Shown piece by piece: positions 26,670 to 32,000 of a stretch of DNA of 32,000 nucleotides. The translations under genes and the position numbers were made by a program. How positions within the stretch are numbered: the first letter of the stretch is position 1; the number at the start of each line of letters is the position of its first letter. Source of the DNA: Candidatus Moranella endobia PCIT (GTDB taxonomy: Bacteria; Pseudomonadota; Gammaproteobacteria; Enterobacterales; Enterobacteriaceae); NCBI RefSeq assembly GCF_000219175.1, contig NC_015735.1:1-32000 (forward strand). Reading direction: 5' to 3'. Below the pieces are notes generated by a model, which was given only the letters and a program-made list of their open reading frames with translations, did not search any database and was not told where the DNA came from.

Positions 26670-28073
26670 ATGCCTGAAAAAAGACAGTCTAATAAATCAT
26701 ATATTACTCGCGATCTTCAGCTTGAAGGTTTAAAGAGATTGCCACATTCGCTGGAAGCAGAACAGTCTGTTCTAGGTGGTTTGATGCTGGATAACGAACG
26801 CTGGGATAATATCGCTGAAATCATTACTAGTAATGATTTCTTAAACCGACCGCATCGTCTTATTTTTACCGAGATGCAACGTTTATTAGAACTGGGCAAT
26901 CCCATTGATCTAATCACACTTTCAGAATCTCTGGAACAAAAAGGAGAACTAGAAACGGTTGGTGGATTTGGCTATCTAGCAGAAATATCCAAAAATATTC
27001 CTAGTACCGCGAATATTTCAGCTTATGCCGATATTATACGCGAACGGGCCGTGTTAAGAGAAATGATCACTGTTGCTAATGAGATCGCCGATGCAAGTTA
27101 CAATCCAAAGGGACGTAGCAGCGATGATCTACTGGATATGGCAGAATCTAGAATATTCAAAATAGCTGATAACCGTGCCCGTAAAGATGAAGGCCCACAA
27201 AGCATAGAACGCATTCTTGAAGAAACAGTTGCCCGCATAGAGCAACTTTACCAGAAGCCGCATGACGGAGTTATTGGTATTTCAAGTGGCTATCTAGATC
27301 TGGATAAAAAGACGGCAGGGTTACAAAAGTCTGATTTAATCATTATCGCAGCACGACCTTCTATGGGTAAGACGACATTTGCCATGAACTTATGCGAACA
27401 TGCTGCCATGACAGCAAATAAACCGGTTCTAATCTTTAGCCTAGAGATGCCCAGTGAACAGATAATGATGCGTATGCTGGCATCATTGTCGCGTGTCGAT
27501 CAAAATCGCATTCGGACCGGCCAGCTTGCTGATGATGACTGGGCGCGCATTTCTAATGCGATGGGGATCTTACTGGAAAAAAGAAACATATACATTGATG
27601 ACTCATCAACATTAACCACAACAGAAGTACGAGCTCGTGCTCGCCGGTTATTCCGTGAACACAATGGTCTCAGCCTGATTATGATCGATTACCTTCAACT
27701 GATGCGAGTACCATCAATATACGATAACCGTAACCTAGAAATAGCAGCAATTTCAAGATCCCTTAAGGCACTAGCAAAAGAATTAAATATACCAGTTATA
27801 GCGATATCACAGTTAAACCGAAGCCTGGAACAACGTGCCGACAAGCGTCCAATCAACTCTGACTTACGAGAGTCTGGCTCAATTGAGCAGGATGCTGACC
27901 TTATTATGTTTATCTACCGCGATGAAATATATCATGACAATAGCGACATGAAGGGTATTGCTGAAATTATTATTGGCAAACAGCGGAACGGCCCTATAGG
28001 CACTGTACGACTAACATTTAACGAACATTGGTCACGATTCGATAATTGTTATACTGGTACGAAATATGATTAG
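26670..28073 (+). CDS. dnaB: Replicative DNA helicase DnaB
   Basis: 467-aa ORF. PHSLEAEQSVLGGLMLDNERWD, Walker A ARPSMGKTTFAMN, IMIDYLQLM, SQLNRSLEQRADKRP, RESGSIEQDADLIMFIYRDE. Confidence 0.97.
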   Translation: MPEKRQSNKSYITRDLQLEGLKRLPHSLEAEQSVLGGLMLDNERWDNIAEIITSNDFLNRPHRLIFTEMQRLLELGNPIDLITLSESLEQKGELETVGGFGYLAEISKNIPSTANISAYADIIRERAVLREMITVANEIADASYNPKGRSSDDLLDMAESRIFKIADNRARKDEGPQSIERILEETVARIEQLYQKPHDGVIGISSGYLDLDKKTAGLQKSDLIIIAARPSMGKTTFAMNLCEHAAMTANKPVLIFSLEMPSEQIMMRMLASLSRVDQNRIRTGQLADDDWARISNAMGILLEKRNIYIDDSSTLTTTEVRARARRLFREHNGLSLIMIDYLQLMRVPSIYDNRNLEIAAISRSLKALAKELNIPVIAISQLNRSLEQRADKRPINSDLRESGSIEQDADLIMFIYRDEIYHDNSDMKGIAEIIIGKQRNGPIGTVRLTFNEHWSRFDNCYTGTKYD

Positions 28074-28210
28074 GAATATATTCACTAGGATTACACCACA
28101 GAAATGGCTCCGATAATTTGCACTTTGCAATTATTCATTTTCATGAAAGTTATAAATCTTAATAAATTGAAGAGATTTATTATCTACAAATATAACGGGT
28201 AGTTAAGGTT

Positions 28211-28771
28211 TTAAAAAGGAATATCATCATCAAAGTCTATCGTTGGTTCATTTCTATGCACTGATGATGAGTTCGGTATTTGACGTCCCGCAGATACTTT
28301 TCCTCCGCTGTCGCTGTATTGCGCATTATTTTCACTCTCTGGTAATTGCTGAGATTGTTCCCAACTACCATGCTGCTGTAAATGTACATTACTAGTGTTA
28401 CCACTGGCTGCGCTGCTGTGGCGACTACCGAGCATTTGCATTGTACCACTACCGATGTTAACTACTATTTCGGTAGTATATCGATCATGACCGCTTTGGT
28501 CTTGCCATTTGCGAGTTTGTAAATACCCTTCAATATAAACTTGGGAGCCCTTACGTAAATATTCAACCGCCACCTCAGCCAGCTTGCCAAACAATACCAC
28601 ACGGTGCCATTCCGTTTTTTCTTTGGTTTCTCCGGTTTGCTTGTCACGCCAACTATCAGAGGTTGCTAGAGTGATATTAGCTACCGCACCACCATTAGGC
28701 ATATAGCGGACTTCCGGATTCTGGCCCAGATTTCCGACTAGAATCACTTTGTTAACGCCTCTGCTAACCAT
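28211..28771 (-). CDS. ssb: Single-stranded DNA-binding protein
   Basis: OB fold: [61 protein letters not shown]. Conserved acidic tip DFDDDIPF. The linker is Ser/Asn/Gln-rich rather than Gly/Pro/Gln-rich. Confidence 0.96.
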   Translation of the reverse strand: MVSRGVNKVILVGNLGQNPEVRYMPNGGAVANITLATSDSWRDKQTGETKEKTEWHRVVLFGKLAEVAVEYLRKGSQVYIEGYLQTRKWQDQSGHDRYTTEIVVNIGSGTMQMLGSRHSSAASGNTSNVHLQQHGSWEQSQQLPESENNAQYSDSGGKVSAGRQIPNSSSVHRNEPTIDFDDDIPF

Positions 28772-29092
28772 GGGGTCTCCTAATAAGATAAATAATTATA
28801 TTTAACTGCTAAAGTTTACCATGACTTTTTTTAAAATATGGTTAAAACCTATGATTGTATCATAATAAATTGTTTTTTTAAAAATACAGTCTTGTTAATA
28901 ACATCAGTAAAAAAAACTGGAAAGCTATATCAAACGATTATATATTATATTTTATATCTTTGATCCTATCAATTGCCTTGAATTTTCTTGAAGTAGCCAG
29001 CGCTAATTGTGATAATTTTTATATTAAAAGACATTAATTTAATTAAAAACAGTTCGATAATACCATATATTTATTGTGGCGCATGATAAACT

Positions 29093-29833
29093 TTAGAGTA
29101 ATGTGCGCATCAATGTATCATTATCTGCCGCTTTAGCTACAATGATGTTTGTCCAGCCTAATTTGCAAGCAATCATCGCTAAACGTGTACTAACAACTAT
29201 TATTTTACATTTTTTCAGCCAGGTGCAACGATAGTATTCAGGTATTAACTGATAAAATTGTTGTAACATTTCTCCACTAGTTATTACTAACGTATCGATA
29301 CCTAGTGTTTGCATGCGATGACTCTGCTCTTCACCGTCATAATAAATTGGACTACGACGGTAGCATTCACAATAAGTTGTCTGCACCCCGCGCTGAAGCA
29401 ACATTTGTTCCAAAACTTCACTTCCACCGTTACCACGTAGGATCAGCGCACGTTTACCATCGATGCCCGCTAGCGTGGGTAAACTTAGCACATCCTCACT
29501 AGTTGATCCGGTCTCAGGGTAGCTAACGAGTAATCCACTAAGACCATGCAGCAACAAGCCTGTACTGGGACCAATTGCGTAATAATGCAAACTATCAGGC
29601 CAATTTATTTCATGTTGTTTCAACCAAGGGTGGGCGTAATTAATTGCATTTTGTGAGACAATAAATAACAAATCTCCAGAAGTAAGGTTAGCCAGATGTT
29701 GCGGTAGATGCGGTAGATCTTTGCCGGGGTTAAAGTGAATCAGCGGTAAATGCCAAGCGCATTTACCGCTAGTACGCAACCTATTCACCAATTGTTTACC
29801 AGCTGGCGATGGTCGGGTGACTAGGATAGTCAT
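29093..29833 (-). CDS. hemD: Uroporphyrinogen-III synthase
   Basis: 246-aa ORF collinear with recalled E. coli HemD ([37 protein letters not shown]). 4-nt overlap with the hemC stop. Confidence 0.92.
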   Translation of the reverse strand: MTILVTRPSPAGKQLVNRLRTSGKCAWHLPLIHFNPGKDLPHLPQHLANLTSGDLLFIVSQNAINYAHPWLKQHEINWPDSLHYYAIGPSTGLLLHGLSGLLVSYPETGSTSEDVLSLPTLAGIDGKRALILRGNGGSEVLEQMLLQRGVQTTYCECYRRSPIYYDGEEQSHRMQTLGIDTLVITSGEMLQQFYQLIPEYYRCTWLKKCKIIVVSTRLAMIACKLGWTNIIVAKAADNDTLMRTLL

Positions 29834-30777
29834 TGATGATGTTGTATGTTTTTTTGATAAATCTGAGATAAAATAGCGCGGGCACCACGATCTAGAATAT
29901 CGTCAGCTAGACGCAAGCCTAGTTGCTCGGCCTGTTCCAAAGGTGCCCGCCCTTCGCAGCGGATGACGTTGGTGCCGTCCGGAGAACCGACCAGAGCACG
30001 CAACCATACTTCTTCGCCGTCTAGTACAGCATAACTGCCGATAGGAACCTGGCATCCACCTTGTAAACGGGCATTCATGGCACGTTCCGCACCTACCCGT
30101 AAAGCAGTTTCCTGATGATGTAGCGGTGCTAACATTGTCAACGTACGAGTATCATCTAGCCGGCATTCGATCCCAACCGCACCCTGACCACCGGCAGGCA
30201 ATGAGTCAGAAGGATCTATAGCCTGACGAATGCGATTCTCTAACCCTAATCGTTTTAGACCAGCTACAGCCAAGACAACCGAATCAAAATCACCATGATC
30301 TAGCTTAGCTAGTCGGGTGCCAACATTTCCACGCAGATCTTGTATCTGTAAATCAGGCCGTCTTTCTCGCAATTGGCACTGCCGTCGCAAGCTTGATGTA
30401 CCAATAACAGCGCATGATGGCATAGTGTCAATACTAGCATAACGCTTACTGACAAAAGCATCACGCGAATCTTCTCGCTCACATAGAATAACAATTCCTA
30501 GACCATCTGGAAACGAGATTGTCATATCCTTCATCGAATGTACGGCAATATCAGCATGATGGTCTAGGAGTGCTCGTTCCAATTCATGGATATATAATCC
30601 TTTACCACCTACTTTGGCAAGCGATGTATCAAGGATCATATCGCCACGAGTGATCAATGGTACCATTTCAACCTGTAAATGAGGGTGATAGCGTAGTAAC
30701 TTATCGCGCACATATCCTGCCTGCCACAACGCAAGAGGACTTTTGCGAGTAGCAATTCTGAGAAGGTTATCTTGCAT
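29830..30777 (-). CDS. hemC: Porphobilinogen deaminase (hydroxymethylbilane synthase)
   Basis: The ORF track begins at a TTG (30789). The ATG at 30777 gives [20 protein letters not shown], aligning with E. coli [20 protein letters not shown]. Conserved [27 protein letters not shown]. Confidence 0.95.
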   Translation of the reverse strand: MQDNLLRIATRKSPLALWQAGYVRDKLLRYHPHLQVEMVPLITRGDMILDTSLAKVGGKGLYIHELERALLDHHADIAVHSMKDMTISFPDGLGIVILCEREDSRDAFVSKRYASIDTMPSCAVIGTSSLRRQCQLRERRPDLQIQDLRGNVGTRLAKLDHGDFDSVVLAVAGLKRLGLENRIRQAIDPSDSLPAGGQGAVGIECRLDDTRTLTMLAPLHHQETALRVGAERAMNARLQGGCQVPIGSYAVLDGEEVWLRALVGSPDGTNVIRCEGRAPLEQAEQLGLRLADDILDRGARAILSQIYQKNIQHHQ

Positions 30778-31158
30778 AAAAATTACCAATGTTAATATTT
30801 AACTTTAATATATAATTATATTACTAACACCAATTTTAAATACAGTCAGTTTACGGCAGCAGCTAAGTAAGGCCAAAAGAGAAAACAATAGAAATAACAA
30901 TAAACTATCTACAGTATGTGTAATATTAATAATTATATGGCTATTTAAGATATTTATTCACCAAATAGTATTTTATATTTTTACAAAAGTTATTATACAT
31001 TAAGCGTGCTATAGCAAGCTGGCTAGATACATCTGCGTTCGTTATATACAGCAAATCAGCAGTGTTAATTGTAAAAAGCAATGGGAGTAGTTTGTTATAT
31101 TATAACTTAGATGATAGTAAAGTGAAAATTGATAAACAATGAATGGTTAAGAGGTAAA

Positions 31159-31275
31159 ATGAAAAACGAGTTGTTTATTGCCGCATTGGGGTTGATCTTG
31201 CTAGAAATTTATGGCTGTGGATTAAAAAGTAACGTTTATTTACCGCCGGTTAACAAATCAAATAAAAGTAGTTAG
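31159..31275 (+). CDS. lptM: Small lipoprotein, truncated LptM (YifL)-like, 38 aa
   Basis: Below the ORF-track cutoff. GAGG lies 4 nt upstream of the ATG. Translation is MKNELFIAALGLILLEIYGCGLKSNVYLPPVNKSNKSS*. Recalled E. coli YifL begins MKNVFKALTVLLTLFSLTGCGLKGPLYFPPADKN.... Signal peptide plus lipobox Cys plus the conserved CGLK..Y.PP. The position between hemC and uvrD matches the E. coli hemC-cyaA-cyaY-yifL-dapF-...-uvrD neighbourhood. Confidence 0.7.
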   Translation: MKNELFIAALGLILLEIYGCGLKSNVYLPPVNKSNKSS

Positions 31276-31526
31276 TTGATCTAAAAATATTAATTTTACA
31301 CCGAATAAATAACCAATACCTAATTGCAGTCATAATAACCCTTCATAATATCAACGTAAGAGAACAATGTGACGTCATTATGCATACTCATACTAGCAGG
31401 AAAAATTTTATGCTTGCGTGTTTAACTTTCTTTGTTCAAATATTTTGAAATGAACAATTTTTCTGCATCTATGATTTCTGCTACTGACAAGGGGGTCATT
31501 CCTAGTTCACATATTAAAGGCAAAAT

Positions 31527-32000
31527 ATGTATGTTTATGATTTACTCAACCATTTAAACGATAAGCAACGTGAAGCAGTGACAGCACCTCGCGGTAATTT
31601 ACTAGTGCTGGCAGGAGCAGGTAGTGGTAAAACTAGAGTACTAGTGCACCGAATAGCTTGGCTATTATTAGTTGAACATTGTTTACCATCTTCTATAATG
31701 GCCGTAACATTTACCAACAAGGCGGCAGCAGAAATGCGCCATCGTATCGAACAGTTAGTAGGTACTAAGCAGTGTGGCATGTGGCTTGGTACTTTTCATG
31801 GACTAGCCAACCGCTTACTACATACTCACCATCAGGATGCTAATTTACCAAATGATTTTCATATTATAGATAGTGAGGATCAGCTGCGCTTGTTGAAACG
31901 TCTAATAAAAACTATGAATTTAGATGAGAAAAAATGGTCGCCGCGCCAGGCAATGTGGTACATCTGTGGCAAAAAAGATCAAGGTATACGACCGTATAAT
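31527..32000 (+). CDS. uvrD: DNA helicase II UvrD, 5' partial (runs off the window)
   Basis: Absent from the ORF track because there is no stop in the window. Hand translation gives MYVYDLLNHLNDKQREAVTAPRGNLLVLAGAGSGKTRVLVHRIAWLLLVEHCLPSSIMAVTFTNKAAAEMRHRIEQLVG.... Recalled E. coli UvrD is MDVSYLLDSLNDKQREAVAAPRSNLLVLAGAGSGKTRVLVHRIAWLMSVENCSPYSIMAVTFTNKAAAEMRHRIGQLMG. This matches UvrD much better than Rep. AAGG lies 6 nt upstream of the ATG. Confidence 0.93.
   Translation, partial: MYVYDLLNHLNDKQREAVTAPRGNLLVLAGAGSGKTRVLVHRIAWLLLVEHCLPSSIMAVTFTNKAAAEMRHRIEQLVGTKQCGMWLGTFHGLANRLLHTHHQDANLPNDFHIIDSEDQLRLLKRLIKTMNLDEKKWSPRQAMWYICGKKDQGIRPYN

Noticed and set aside
28890-28909. Half-preserved LexA-box-like sequence upstream of ssb (minus strand TACTGATGTTATTAACAAGA versus consensus TACTG-N10-CAGTA)
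   Set aside because: Only the left arm is intact. The right arm has 2 of 5 mismatches, including the critical G. At most it is a decayed SOS box. Whether lexA exists is unknown from this window.
31004-31063. Possible cyaY remnant on the minus strand (..INTADLLYITNADVSSQLAIA.. versus CyaY ..FHRLADQLWLTIEERLDD..), in the syntenic position and orientation relative to lptM
   Set aside because: The synteny is suggestive, but the alignment is weak (AD.L..T only), needs an indel, and an upstream in-frame stop is present. Left as an untested idea rather than a feature.

Overview
This window reads as core chromosome from an AT-biased, gene-eroded, host-restricted relative of Enterobacterales. The proteins are near-collinear with my recollection of E. 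coli K-12 orthologues. Content, left to right: lepA-lepB-rnc-era-(pdxJ relic)-acpS on the + strand. Then a complete minus-strand rRNA operon (16S, tRNA-Ile, tRNA-Ala, 23S, 5S, tRNA-Asp) with recognisable processing stems and a boxA. Then a 4.5S/SRP RNA gene that the ORF track cannot show, followed by mnmE, yidC, a decayed yidD, rnpA, rpmH and priA, all on the - strand. On the + strand follow rpmE, dnaN, gyrB, tRNA-Thr(CGU), trhO and cspC. The rest is engB (-), dnaB (+), ssb (-), hemD-hemC (-), a 38-codon lptM/yifL-like lipoprotein ORF (+) and the 5' part of uvrD (+). I found no mobile elements, CRISPR arrays, toxin or defence cassettes, or foreign-looking ORFs, and I do not claim a novel multi-gene system. 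The most notable point is the canonical rpmH<>dnaA-dnaN-recF-gyrB locus: dnaA and recF are absent, a priA-rpmE block sits in the dnaA position, and gene orientation switches there, so a DnaA-independent origin is a testable idea. Other observations: clean deletions that leave synteny scars (recO and most of pdxJ; cyaA/cyaY; dapF-yigA-xerC-yigB; hemXY). There is strong compositional heterogeneity between neighbouring genes. Three of four tRNA genes lack an encoded CCA. Short tandem duplications recur. ORF-free AT-rich spacers reach 1.2 kb. All homology statements come from reading the translations against remembered sequences; no database search was run.
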